Source: an uncultured Candidatus Saccharibacteria bacterium (GTDB taxonomy: Bacteria; Patescibacteriota; WWE3; UBA101185; UBA10185). Taken from it: a stretch of DNA of 64,000 nt. The notes under the pieces were generated by a model. That model was not told the origin of the DNA, did no database searches, and was given only the letters and a program-made list of their open reading frames with translations. Below, piece after piece: positions 37,821 through 46,827 of this stretch (positions within the stretch are counted from its first letter, which is position 1; each line of letters opens with the position of its first letter). Both the position numbers and the translations under genes were made by a program. The DNA lies in assembly GCA_964387275.1 (NCBI GenBank), contig CAYLVW010000001.1, forward strand, positions 5,514 through 69,513, in the 5' to 3' direction.

Positions 37821-38363
37821 GTGAAGATGATAAAAATAAAAACTAAACCTCTATTGCTTCTCCTTATACTACTTATCACTTTAATAACCGGAGTACTTTA
37901 TTTGGAGTATTCGTATCAGAACTGCAAAAAACAAATTGCTAGTACATTTTTAAAAAGTAATAGCGGAGTCAGTTGCTATGAGCTTAGTAAACTTGTTGAG
38001 AAAGAGAAGTTTGCTGTTTCTGATTCATATCCAAATATCTACGAAGTAGAGAGGCGTTTAATTGGTTTGAATAATGGTATTACTTGCAGTAGGGTTGGGT
38101 ATGTTGCCTCAGATTTACCTAAATATGCAAAAGAGTACGTTATTTTGCACGAGTATCTTCATACACAGGGAAACTATTCTGAAACATCTGTGAACTTTCA
38201 GTCTGGTATTGAGAAACCTCTAGGTTTACTACAGACTGTGTGGATTTCTGTGAGCCCCAATTTCTCAAAAGATTTTTTTAACGTCTGTTCTATAGGGCGT
38301 TTGTGGAAAGTGTTTAAAGTTTATTTCATGTTTGATAGTTTTGAAGACCTCGCTAAGATATAA
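37821..38363 (+). CDS. Small secreted protein with an HExxH motif (putative Zn-metallopeptidase-like)
   Basis: Signal peptide and ILHEYLHTQG. Confidence 0.4.
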   Translation: MKMIKIKTKPLLLLLILLITLITGVLYLEYSYQNCKKQIASTFLKSNSGVSCYELSKLVEKEKFAVSDSYPNIYEVERRLIGLNNGITCSRVGYVASDLPKYAKEYVILHEYLHTQGNYSETSVNFQSGIEKPLGLLQTVWISVSPNFSKDFFNVCSIGRLWKVFKVYFMFDSFEDLAKI

Positions 38364-38526
38364 GTTTTATATGACTAATGATTCCGCTTGGTTTAAGGTA
38401 CAATGATATATTGGCCTTATTATTTGATTTATCATTTCTTAATACCAACAGAAAGGTGTTTTTGATTGTAGTCTCTAGCACACTAATATTAGTGCAAATC
38501 GTTTCTTCTATATGTAATATAATAGT

Positions 38527-39777
38527 ATGTCCAAATATATTAGTGGTGGTTTTGAAGGCTTTTTAACCAATGAAACCCCGTATCAATTCATAGAGCAGCC
38601 AAAACGGGAAGTATTGTATCTTACATCTGATTTTTTAACCTCTATAAATCGTAACCACCACTTCAAAGTTTCCTCGGAGGGCGTATCAGGGCATTTAGAA
38701 GCAGCTTTGGAGAATGGTAATTTGAGTGATTTGGTAACTGCTACCACACAGTTAGTAAATAAAGTATTAGAGGAATCTCTAACCGGTGATCCGATCACAT
38801 CGTTAGTATTTCTTGATAAATCGGCTAGAAATGGAGCATTTCTTTTTTACACTATGTGGGATGGTTTACAGCAGCGGGGAGAAATACCCCAAGGAGTCGC
38901 TCGTCCAGATATAAGATATATGAACGTTGGGAGATTTCATGATGAGAAGCATTCTTCTCAAGGACCCGTTGCCCTATTTAAAGATCAGTTTACCTTAATT
39001 CCCGAGGGAATGTCTCCCCATGTGTTAGTGGTAGATGAGTATATAGAATCTGGTGGTACTGCACGACGAGCACAGAAATTGTTGATGGATGCTTTTGGTA
39101 TCAAAGCTGACGCTATTTCCATGTTTTCTACTGTACCTATATGGTATGGTACTTCCGATATCGGGTTGTTGGGGGTTAAAGATCCTAAACATGAAGATTT
39201 CTGGAGCACAACGGAACTGGGGAAGTCGTTAAGTGGGTTACCTGCAAAGACATTATTGTCAGCTAAGCATATATTGGACAGATTCGATGGTACTGGGTTT
39301 GAGGAGATTTTTGGAACAGTCTACATAAAGGATAAGGTAGAAAGGAGCAGTGTCGATGATATTCGCAAGGCTTTAGAAGACAAGGGTTTAGACGTAGCTG
39401 TAGAAGACATTTTAGAGCTTCTGTCTATAGCACACACTGAGGGTATGGGAATAGTTAATATATATGAATTAGTTCAGTATTTAGAATCAGCTGGTGGTTA
39501 CTTTGCTGTTCCTACCAGTAGCGAATATGATAGGCAAAATTTTATTGCCTACAGGACAATTTTAAAAAGTATCATTCAGTCCTATTTGATTTTTAGAGAT
39601 ATTGATAGAGCTGATCCCGAAAGAACTACTGTATTGAGTGATAGTTATTCGAAATCTAGGCAAGGAAGCGTGTATCAGTCCACTAGGGATAGGGAGGATG
39701 ACACGAGACCTAGTGGGTATATATCGCAAGATAATAGTAATGCTTTAGAATATCATAAATCCAAAATGCACCCTTAG
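38527..39777 (+). CDS. Phosphoribosyltransferase (PRTase)-domain protein with N- and C-terminal extensions of unknown function
   Basis: PRPP-binding signature VLVVDEYIESGGTARRA (hydrophobic-D-E/D-x-x-x-S/T-G-x-T). Locally GC-richer. Confidence 0.55.
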   Translation: MSKYISGGFEGFLTNETPYQFIEQPKREVLYLTSDFLTSINRNHHFKVSSEGVSGHLEAALENGNLSDLVTATTQLVNKVLEESLTGDPITSLVFLDKSARNGAFLFYTMWDGLQQRGEIPQGVARPDIRYMNVGRFHDEKHSSQGPVALFKDQFTLIPEGMSPHVLVVDEYIESGGTARRAQKLLMDAFGIKADAISMFSTVPIWYGTSDIGLLGVKDPKHEDFWSTTELGKSLSGLPAKTLLSAKHILDRFDGTGFEEIFGTVYIKDKVERSSVDDIRKALEDKGLDVAVEDILELLSIAHTEGMGIVNIYELVQYLESAGGYFAVPTSSEYDRQNFIAYRTILKSIIQSYLIFRDIDRADPERTTVLSDSYSKSRQGSVYQSTRDREDDTRPSGYISQDNSNALEYHKSKMHP

Positions 39778-39839
39778 AATTGATTTTACACTTGAACATC
39801 CTATGAGCAACATGCTATAAAAACTCCACAGGAGAAACA

Positions 39840-40043
39840 ATGAGGCAAATCATCTACGATGGTAGGTATCCTACTAACATTTCTTCCCTTACATTCAAAA
39901 AATGGCTTGCCGAAACTCTAAATGTTAACCCAGAATCCCTTGGTCAATACCAAATACTTGGGTTAGATAACAACCAGATCAAAGGTACCTTGTATCCTGG
40001 TTCAACTGTTTTTATTAAGGGTGGCGCAAAGGAAGAAGATTAA
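39840..40043 (+). CDS. ThiS/MoaD-like ubiquitin-like beta-grasp mini-protein ending in ..FIKGG followed by a 5-aa extension (AKEED)
   Basis: Size and pattern M.QIIYDG...ILGLDNNQIKG..LYPGSTVFIKGG+AKEED are compatible with a ThiS/MoaD fold whose GG needs exposure by a protease. Confidence 0.4.
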   Translation: MRQIIYDGRYPTNISSLTFKKWLAETLNVNPESLGQYQILGLDNNQIKGTLYPGSTVFIKGGAKEED

Positions 40044-40087
40044 GTACTGTCTCGAAGGCTCAGAAATTAGTAAAATATTTTCTGAGC

Positions 40088-40537
40088 TTATTTTTTGGGT
40101 TCATTATGGCTCACGGCTTCAGGACTCTTCTTGTTAAAGTGGGGAATCATAGGTATTAGTGTTATAGCTAGAGTTGCAATAATACCTATTGTATGGAAAT
40201 TAAATCCGTAAGCCATTCCTATTGCGCCTGCAGCCCACACATTAGCTGCTGTTGTGAGATTTCGTACGTTTACCCCTTCTTTAATAATTAGACCTGCTCC
40301 AAGAAATCCGATACCGGATACTATTTGTGCTGCTATTCGTGATTCAGAGGCTGGATCTACCATAGAGGACATAAATGTATAAAGCATCGCTCCGGTTATA
40401 ACAAGGGTATGGGTACTTATTCCAGCATCTTTGCCCCTAGATTCTCTTTCAGCTCCTATGATGGTTCCTGATATAAGACTTAATATAAGGTCAATAATTA
40501 GATTTGTTTCATTTTGTCCTATTATTTGATTAATCAT
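40088..40537 (-). CDS. MgtC/SapB family membrane protein
   Basis: N-terminal block LIIDLILSLISGTIIGAERE and 4–5 TM helices. Confidence 0.7.
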   Translation of the reverse strand: MINQIIGQNETNLIIDLILSLISGTIIGAERESRGKDAGISTHTLVITGAMLYTFMSSMVDPASESRIAAQIVSGIGFLGAGLIIKEGVNVRNLTTAANVWAAGAIGMAYGFNFHTIGIIATLAITLIPMIPHFNKKSPEAVSHNEPKK

Positions 40538-41152
40538 TTTCTGATTTTATCAGAAAGGTGTTTTTGTTTTGAAGGTATTTTGTATAATTATTTAATGACA
40601 CTTCTTGTTTTCCTCAGCTTTGTTTCGTTTTTTGGGTATATTTTTACAAATAGAAGAAAGTCTAGGTATTCTTTTAAAACCTTTTTAGATAGTTACATAA
40701 ATGTGATGCCGGTTTTTGTTATTCCCTATGTGCTTTTATATCCGTTAGTGGTTTATTCGTACCTATCTCTTAGTGGTATTACACTTGATTTGTATTTAAT
40801 TGCAATTTTTCTAGCTAATATTATTGCTACAGTTTTTTGGTATTTGTTTCCAAATGGGGTGGTAAGAGGTAGGTTAAATGGTAGTTCTATTTTTTCGAGA
40901 GTAATTAACTACATTTATAGTGTGGATGGTGATACTAATGGTTTTCCTTCGGGGCATGTTTTTTTAAGCGTAATTTCTTGCTACTTTTTGTATGCGTCCT
41001 CAAATAATTTGTTATATATAGTTTTGGCTTTACTTATTTCTGTATCAACAGTTTTTACAAAGCAACATTATGTGGTGGATATTATTGGAGGACTAGTAGT
41101 AGCTGGTATTTCTATTGCAGGTTCAGGAATACTTATGAGCCATTTTAGTTAG
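40514..41152 (+). CDS. PAP2-superfamily membrane phosphatase
   Basis: PSGH motif and SxxxH..D-like motif (KQHYVVDIIGG). Confidence 0.65.
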   Translation: MSYYLINHFLILSERCFCFEGILYNYLMTLLVFLSFVSFFGYIFTNRRKSRYSFKTFLDSYINVMPVFVIPYVLLYPLVVYSYLSLSGITLDLYLIAIFLANIIATVFWYLFPNGVVRGRLNGSSIFSRVINYIYSVDGDTNGFPSGHVFLSVISCYFLYASSNNLLYIVLALLISVSTVFTKQHYVVDIIGGLVVAGISIAGSGILMSHFS

Positions 41153-41505
41153 TTAGGTCTGTACTTTTTTCCCCATTCAACCATGTCTACAAGTATTGGA
41201 TAGAGGTCTTTACCCATTTTTGTCAGGGTGTACGTTATGTTTCGTGTGTTATTAGTTTTTTTTATTAGAACTCCATTTTTTACCAACGAAGAAAGTCTAT
41301 GAGAAAGAGATCTTGGGCTAATACCAGTAACTTCATGGGCTATTTCGGTGTAGTGTTTTTCGCCATTTATTAGAGCCACAAGTATTTTTGGAGTCCATCT
41401 ATCTCCTAATACTTTTGTTGCAGCAGCTACACAAAATGACTGGTTGTTAGTAATTACATTCATAGTTATTGACAGTGGTTTGCTATACAAAGTATAGTTT
41501 ATCAT
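41149..41505 (-). CDS. HxlR-family winged-helix transcriptional regulator
   Basis: CVAAATKVLGDRWTPKILVALINGEKHYTEIAHEVTGISPRSLSHRLSSLVKNGVL. Confidence 0.8.
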   Translation of the reverse strand: MINYTLYSKPLSITMNVITNNQSFCVAAATKVLGDRWTPKILVALINGEKHYTEIAHEVTGISPRSLSHRLSSLVKNGVLIKKTNNTRNITYTLTKMGKDLYPILVDMVEWGKKYRPN

Positions 41506-41534
41506 ATAGTTAGTTATAAATTTAAAGGAGTTAC

Positions 41535-42014
41535 ATGGATCAACAAAATACTAATAATAAGAACATGGTGTTAACAGTTGCAGGACTTGTTGCGCTAGGT
41601 GCTGCAGGAGTTATTTATTTTAAATATTTTAACGCACCTACAGTTACTACACAGGAGGTAGTGGGACAACAAGTTGTTACTAATTCAACTCCAACAATGA
41701 CATCAAAAACATCCCAGTATAAAAACGGTAAGTATATGGTAGTTGGTGACTATGTGTCACCCGGCGGTCCTGAGCAAATTGATGTTTCACTAACTCTTGA
41801 AAATGGAACGGTTAAGGAAGTTATGGTTACTCCAAAAGCAACTTTACCTGGATCACTTAATTTTCAACAGAAATTCGCTGAGGGCATCAGCGGTGTTGTA
41901 GTTGGTAAGAGTCTTGGTGAGTTAAATGTTGATAAAGTATCAGGATCTTCTTTAACTCCTAAAGGATTTAATGACGCAGTTGAGAAAATTAAGAGCCAAG
42001 CCTTACAATCATAA
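41535..42014 (+). CDS. FMN-binding domain protein (NqrC/RnfG-like), membrane/lipid anchored
   Basis: N-terminal TM helix. The FMN_bind region reads YKNGKYMVVGDYVSPGGPEQIDVSLTLENGTV. Confidence 0.6.
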   Translation: MDQQNTNNKNMVLTVAGLVALGAAGVIYFKYFNAPTVTTQEVVGQQVVTNSTPTMTSKTSQYKNGKYMVVGDYVSPGGPEQIDVSLTLENGTVKEVMVTPKATLPGSLNFQQKFAEGISGVVVGKSLGELNVDKVSGSSLTPKGFNDAVEKIKSQALQS

Positions 42015-42016
42015 TA

Positions 42017-42871
42017 ATGGAGAACTTCAGTTTTGATGCAATCGGTACAAGGTGGGAGGTTTCACTCCCACCTTTTAGATCTTCTGAAACCTTGATGAAT
42101 AATATCAGGCAACGTATAGAGGATTTTGAATCTACATATTCAAGGTTTAGGGACGGGTCACTACTATCAAAAATTGCTGTATCACATGAAACAATGGAAT
42201 TGCCCAAAGATGCAAAAGAGCTATTTGATATTTATAAGAAATTTACCAAGTTAACCCTTGGATCCTTTACTCCTTTTATTGGTAAAACTTTAGTAGAAGC
42301 AGGGTACGATAGAGATTATTCTTTTGAGAAAAAAATAATTACTAAGCAACTTGTTTGGGATGAGGTTTTTGAATATGATTTCCCGAAATTGGTTGTTAAA
42401 AAACCTGTTCAATTAGATTTTGGGGCGGCTGGTAAGGGGTATATCATGGATATAGTTTCTAAAATGATAGTGGATTTTGGTATAAAAGATTTTGTGGTTG
42501 ATGCTGGTCACGATTTGCTATGTGGCAGCAATGTGGTTAAAGTAGGGCTTGAACATCCTAATGATTCTACTAAAGCAATTGGTGTTGCCAAAATATCCAA
42601 TTCTTCTATTTGTGGTTCTTCTGGAAACAGAAGGAATTGGGGAGAATTTCATCATATTATAAATGGCAATACACTATCTTCCCCAAAAGATATTTTAGCT
42701 ACTTGGGTTATAGCTAAAAATGCAATTGTTGCCGACGCTATTTCAACTGCGCTTTTTTTTGTTAAACCTGAGGTTTTTCAAAAAGATTATTTTTTTGAGT
42801 ATTTAATTTTAAAGTCGAACTCTAGTATAGAAAAATCTGCTAATTTTCCAGGAGAGATATTTTATGCTTAA
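42017..42871 (+). CDS. apbE: ApbE-family FAD:protein FMN transferase
   Basis: DFGAAGKGYIMD and overall ApbE architecture. It starts 3 nt after the previous stop. Confidence 0.7.
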   Translation: MENFSFDAIGTRWEVSLPPFRSSETLMNNIRQRIEDFESTYSRFRDGSLLSKIAVSHETMELPKDAKELFDIYKKFTKLTLGSFTPFIGKTLVEAGYDRDYSFEKKIITKQLVWDEVFEYDFPKLVVKKPVQLDFGAAGKGYIMDIVSKMIVDFGIKDFVVDAGHDLLCGSNVVKVGLEHPNDSTKAIGVAKISNSSICGSSGNRRNWGEFHHIINGNTLSSPKDILATWVIAKNAIVADAISTALFFVKPEVFQKDYFFEYLILKSNSSIEKSANFPGEIFYA

Positions 42872-44336
42872 TAAAGTACAGAAATTAATTGATTCCACAA
42901 ATATGTATAGAGTAGTTTTGTATGGGCTAATTATATTAGCAACCTATTCCTTGTTACTTTCTATTTTTGGAAAGACCAGTTTTACTTTTGAGTCTGGGAT
43001 TGTTAGTTTGATTACCTTAGTTGTGACCGGACATTTATTTAATAATCTTGTCGGGGGGATTTACAAAGTCCACATTCATAAAGACTCCCAGATTATAACA
43101 TCGCTTATTTTGTATTTGTTATTTACTCCAACAAGCAAACCTTCCGAATTGCTATTACTTATATTTGTGAGTTTGATGGGTGTTCTATCCAAGTATATTT
43201 TAACTATCAATAAAACACATGTATTTAACCCCGCAGCTATAGCTGCATTTTTTGGTATGTTGTTTTTTAACTATTCTGCAATGTGGTGGGTAGGTAGTAG
43301 CTATATGTTTCCCCTAGTGTTGATATTTGCTTTAGTAGTACTTAGGAAACAACGAAAGTTTATTGTTTCTAGTGTTTTTCTGATAGTTAGTTACATAGCC
43401 CTTTATTCAAACTATGGAAAATATTACCCAAATTTTATTAATTTTATTTATGAAACCACCCTGAATTGGCCGTTGCTGTTTTTTGTATCTGTTATGGTCA
43501 CAGAGCCGTTTACACTTCCAAAGAAGAAAGTCCAAGAGTACATATACTTTGCCGTTATTTCTATCATTACCTGTACTCCATTTCATTTTTCTAAAATTGG
43601 AACAACTCCAGAACTTGCGTTATTGATTGGAAATATAGGAAGTTTTCTTGCAGCCCCTAGATTTAGATACTATTTACAACTTATTGAAAAGAAAATGATA
43701 GCAGATGGGGCATTTGAGTTTATTTTTAAATCTGATAAAAAAGTAAAATTTGAAGCAGGGCAGTATATGGAAGTAATGCTTCCTCACGAAAAACCCGACA
43801 ATCGTGGGGTTAGAAGATTTTTTACTGTTTCTTCCTCTCCGACTTCTGATAATGTCAGTTTTGGGGTTAAAGTTTTTGATAAAGGAAGTACCTTTAAAAA
43901 TTTACTAACTAAGAGAGACGATTTAGTAATATATGCACAGCAGTTAAGGGGCGACTTTGTTATTACTGATTTGAGTAAGAAGTATATTTTTATAGCCGGT
44001 GGGATTGGTATTACCCCATTTATCAGTATGATACGTCATTTTTCAGATACTAAGTCCGTAGTGGATGCACATCTGTGTTACTTATGTACAAAAGAGGAAG
44101 ACATAGCTTACCGCAAAGAGATAGACAGTGCTGCAATTAAGCTTGGGATAAAAGTACATTACTTAATAGGAACTGCACTTGATGAGAATTTTTTAAAGAA
44201 TAATATTTCTGATTTTGTGCTTCGTACTGTTTATATATCTGGGCCTAATGGGATGGTTGATTATTACACAAGGAGGTTGGTAGATTTTGGTTTGAAAAAG
44301 ACCCAAATTAAAAGAGACTTTTTCAATGGATACTGA
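42864..44336 (+). CDS. Membrane oxidoreductase with an N-terminal polytopic domain (RnfD/NqrB-like, FNPAA motif) fused to an FNR-like FAD/NAD(P)-binding reductase domain
   Basis: RxxS FAD motif (RRFFTVSSSP) and a GGIGITPF NAD-binding motif. It overlaps the ApbE stop. Confidence 0.6.
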   Translation: MLNKVQKLIDSTNMYRVVLYGLIILATYSLLLSIFGKTSFTFESGIVSLITLVVTGHLFNNLVGGIYKVHIHKDSQIITSLILYLLFTPTSKPSELLLLIFVSLMGVLSKYILTINKTHVFNPAAIAAFFGMLFFNYSAMWWVGSSYMFPLVLIFALVVLRKQRKFIVSSVFLIVSYIALYSNYGKYYPNFINFIYETTLNWPLLFFVSVMVTEPFTLPKKKVQEYIYFAVISIITCTPFHFSKIGTTPELALLIGNIGSFLAAPRFRYYLQLIEKKMIADGAFEFIFKSDKKVKFEAGQYMEVMLPHEKPDNRGVRRFFTVSSSPTSDNVSFGVKVFDKGSTFKNLLTKRDDLVIYAQQLRGDFVITDLSKKYIFIAGGIGITPFISMIRHFSDTKSVVDAHLCYLCTKEEDIAYRKEIDSAAIKLGIKVHYLIGTALDENFLKNNISDFVLRTVYISGPNGMVDYYTRRLVDFGLKKTQIKRDFFNGY

Positions 44337-44344
44337 TAAAAAGT

Positions 44345-44400
44345 CCCCTTTGCACTGATTGGTGTTTAAACCAGGGGTGCAAAGGGGTTTAGGTTTTTAG
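44345..44400 (+). terminator. Terminator-like hairpin (CCCCTTTGCAC...GTGCAAAGGGG) followed by TTTAGGTTTTT
   Basis: 11-bp stem plus a T-rich tail after stop 44336. Confidence 0.6.
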
Positions 44401-44454
44401 TTCGTGAAGTGCTTACAATTTTCTAGTATAAGCCGCGCGCTTTAATGTTAGGTC

Positions 44455-45051
44455 TTACTTCTTAAGCTTTTTTCGTGGCGTAGTTTCCATAAAGCTAAAT
44501 GGAGGACCAACACTCTCAGTAAGCGCAGAAGCAGCTGTGAGAGCGTATTTAGCTTGGACGCTAGGCTTGACTTGCAAAGCATTCATTGCGTGAAATGCTC
44601 CAAGAGCAAAATACATGCCTGAACCAACAGAAAAGAAATCACCTGTAATTGGCGTGACACAAAAGTCATTTCCAATCAGACAGACCTCATCTGCAAACGC
44701 AATAAGAATTTGTCCATCCAAATTAGGTACACCCTTATCCGTTTCCAACATCTCATAGCTTCGGGCCGTTCGCTTAAGACTTGGGATAATATATTCAAGA
44801 ACTGTATCCTCGAGATTGAGGGCGCGTCGTGGCCCCAACCTTCCAAAGGGAATATGGATTTTAGAAGTGTAGTGCCTAATCTTACCTGCACCTGTATGAC
44901 CGATCAGAAAGTGATCATTAAACCTAAAAATTTTACCCCTATCATCTGGGAGAGTCGTAGTGATAAAACCGCCATTTAGGCTACGTCTACTATCAGCCCC
45001 AAGAATAACTGTACCGCGATGCTTATTTCGGACAGCGACAATACACGTCAT
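44455..45051 (-). CDS. Stand-alone proteasome/HslV-like Ntn-hydrolase (Thr1 after Met)
   Basis: MTCIVAVRNKHRGTVILGADSR... and GSGMYFALGAF resemble HslV/beta-subunit motifs. No hslU adjacent. Confidence 0.5.
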   Translation of the reverse strand: MTCIVAVRNKHRGTVILGADSRRSLNGGFITTTLPDDRGKIFRFNDHFLIGHTGAGKIRHYTSKIHIPFGRLGPRRALNLEDTVLEYIIPSLKRTARSYEMLETDKGVPNLDGQILIAFADEVCLIGNDFCVTPITGDFFSVGSGMYFALGAFHAMNALQVKPSVQAKYALTAASALTESVGPPFSFMETTPRKKLKK

Positions 45052-45189
45052 GTATCGCTCCTTTTTTGATCTCAGGTATTTTGTCTTTACTTAAGCAAAA
45101 AGTCAAGTTTTATTCTTACGATCAGTTTATATATAGACACATACATATGCTAATATGATTAGTACATTAGTTATTTTGGAGACATAAAT

Positions 45190-45621
45190 ATGCCAAGATT
45201 CTATAGTTATTTGAATTTTAATGGTACTACCGAAGAAGCATTTAATTTTTATAAATCTGTTTTTGGTGGGGAATTTTCCGAGGTACACAGGTTTAGTGAA
45301 ACTCCTGATGCCCAAAATTTAAGTGAAGATATTAGGAATAAGTTAATGCATATCTCACTCCCACTGCCTGGTGGTTCAATATTGATGGCAACAGATGCTT
45401 TAGAGGCTATGGGGCAGCATTTGGTTGTTGGAAACAATGTATCAATTAGTATAGATGCTGATTCTTTAGCACAAGCTCAAGAGTACTTTGGTAAGTTGTC
45501 AGTTGGCGGGAAGATTGAGATGCCTTTTGAAAAGGCTTTTTGGGGTGCTTTTTTCGGATCTTTAGTTGATAGGTTTGGTATTCAGTGGATGATTAATTTT
45601 GATGAGGGTTTGAGTAAATAG
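45190..45621 (+). CDS. VOC/glyoxalase-fold protein (PhnB-like)
   Basis: YLNFNG..EEAFNFYKSVFGG...GIQWMIN pattern. Confidence 0.65.
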   Translation: MPRFYSYLNFNGTTEEAFNFYKSVFGGEFSEVHRFSETPDAQNLSEDIRNKLMHISLPLPGGSILMATDALEAMGQHLVVGNNVSISIDADSLAQAQEYFGKLSVGGKIEMPFEKAFWGAFFGSLVDRFGIQWMINFDEGLSK

Positions 45622-45656
45622 ATTTTTTACTAGTTTTGTGTTTTTTGTAGGGTTAG

Positions 45657-45688
45657 GGCGCGGGTTTTTAGTAATAAAAACCCGCGCC
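45657..45688. other. Perfect 14-bp hairpin (GGGCGCGGGTTTTTA-gtaa-TAAAAACCCGCGCC) between convergent genes
   Basis: Read directly. Plausibly a bidirectional terminator. Confidence 0.7.
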
Positions 45689-45710
45689 TCATGCGCCAAA
45701 AACTTAAAAC

Positions 45711-46772
45711 TTAATCATTATTAGGTAGTTCAATCAACCTCATCTGATCTCCTGTATCCATCTCCTCACTAACTTTCTTCGCTTTAACTCGCTGCGCTAT
45801 CAGTTTTAATCGACGTTGGGCTGATTTGATAACTCTAATACCAGTTTCTACCGGATTTGTACCATCTGTCAGAACATCATTTTCACCTTTATAGAAGGCT
45901 AACGGTCTGCTAGGTCTTGTGGCACCACACGCATCAAAGTAATCACACCATCTGCAATGTTTTCCGGGAGATTTTGGAAAACTCTCAGCATTTAGATTAT
46001 CTGCTATATGTCTTACTTGGTTGTAGAGGGTTTCGAAGTCATCTATGGTTCTATAGCTAAACACCCACTTTTTACTTCTAAGGTGATACCAAAAAAACCC
46101 AATCGGCATTTTACCTTTCCATTTCCAATACAACCAATGGTACATATTGACTTGGATATCTTCATGAAGTTCAAATTGTTGAGCAGCCCAGTCAAGTTCA
46201 TTACTGCCAAACAGATAAGCGAAACTCTCCTTATTGGTTTTAAGATCTACAATTACTGCAAGATCGTGTCCATTTTTTAGTCCGCCCTCAACTATGAGAT
46301 CTGGTCTAAATCTTTTAACAAAATCAAGATCAACACTTCTTATTTGGTCGAATATCCCAAGTAGGCTAATACTTCCGTCTAGTGGAAATTGCACTCGTTC
46401 TTCAATATATACAGGATCTGGCTTTGAGTAGTTTTGATTCCAGTAATTCATGATACAGATCCACCCAGTTAGTCCATATTCTTTTTGCTTTTTCTCGTCG
46501 GTAAATCTTAATTTTCTTTTTTCCTGATCACATACAACATTCCATCTATAAAACCAGGCTCCTCCAGCGGATTTAATATCTTTGTATTTAAACCTCTTAT
46601 CTGAACCCTTTCTTACGTCATATAGACTTGCAATAAATGAATGTACACAAACTCCAAGAAGTCTTGCGTAGTCAGTGCCTTTTGGTAACCCAGACTCGTA
46701 GTTAAACCAATAAAACTGAGGGCATTTCAGATACCCACCCATTCTTGTTTTGCTAAGAACGAGTCTTGACAT
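45711..46772 (-). CDS. Cas4/RecB-like PD-(D/E)xK nuclease with a 4-Cys Fe-S cluster motif
   Basis: N-terminal Cys (LKCPQFYWF), catalytic block DLAVIVDLKTNK and a C-terminal CRWCDYFDAC. Confidence 0.7.
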   Translation of the reverse strand: MSRLVLSKTRMGGYLKCPQFYWFNYESGLPKGTDYARLLGVCVHSFIASLYDVRKGSDKRFKYKDIKSAGGAWFYRWNVVCDQEKRKLRFTDEKKQKEYGLTGWICIMNYWNQNYSKPDPVYIEERVQFPLDGSISLLGIFDQIRSVDLDFVKRFRPDLIVEGGLKNGHDLAVIVDLKTNKESFAYLFGSNELDWAAQQFELHEDIQVNMYHWLYWKWKGKMPIGFFWYHLRSKKWVFSYRTIDDFETLYNQVRHIADNLNAESFPKSPGKHCRWCDYFDACGATRPSRPLAFYKGENDVLTDGTNPVETGIRVIKSAQRRLKLIAQRVKAKKVSEEMDTGDQMRLIELPNND

Positions 46773-46827
46773 TTTATCTCCTCTTTCTTGGTGTATTTAT
46801 AGCCTAATGGTTGGTATTGTTCAACTA

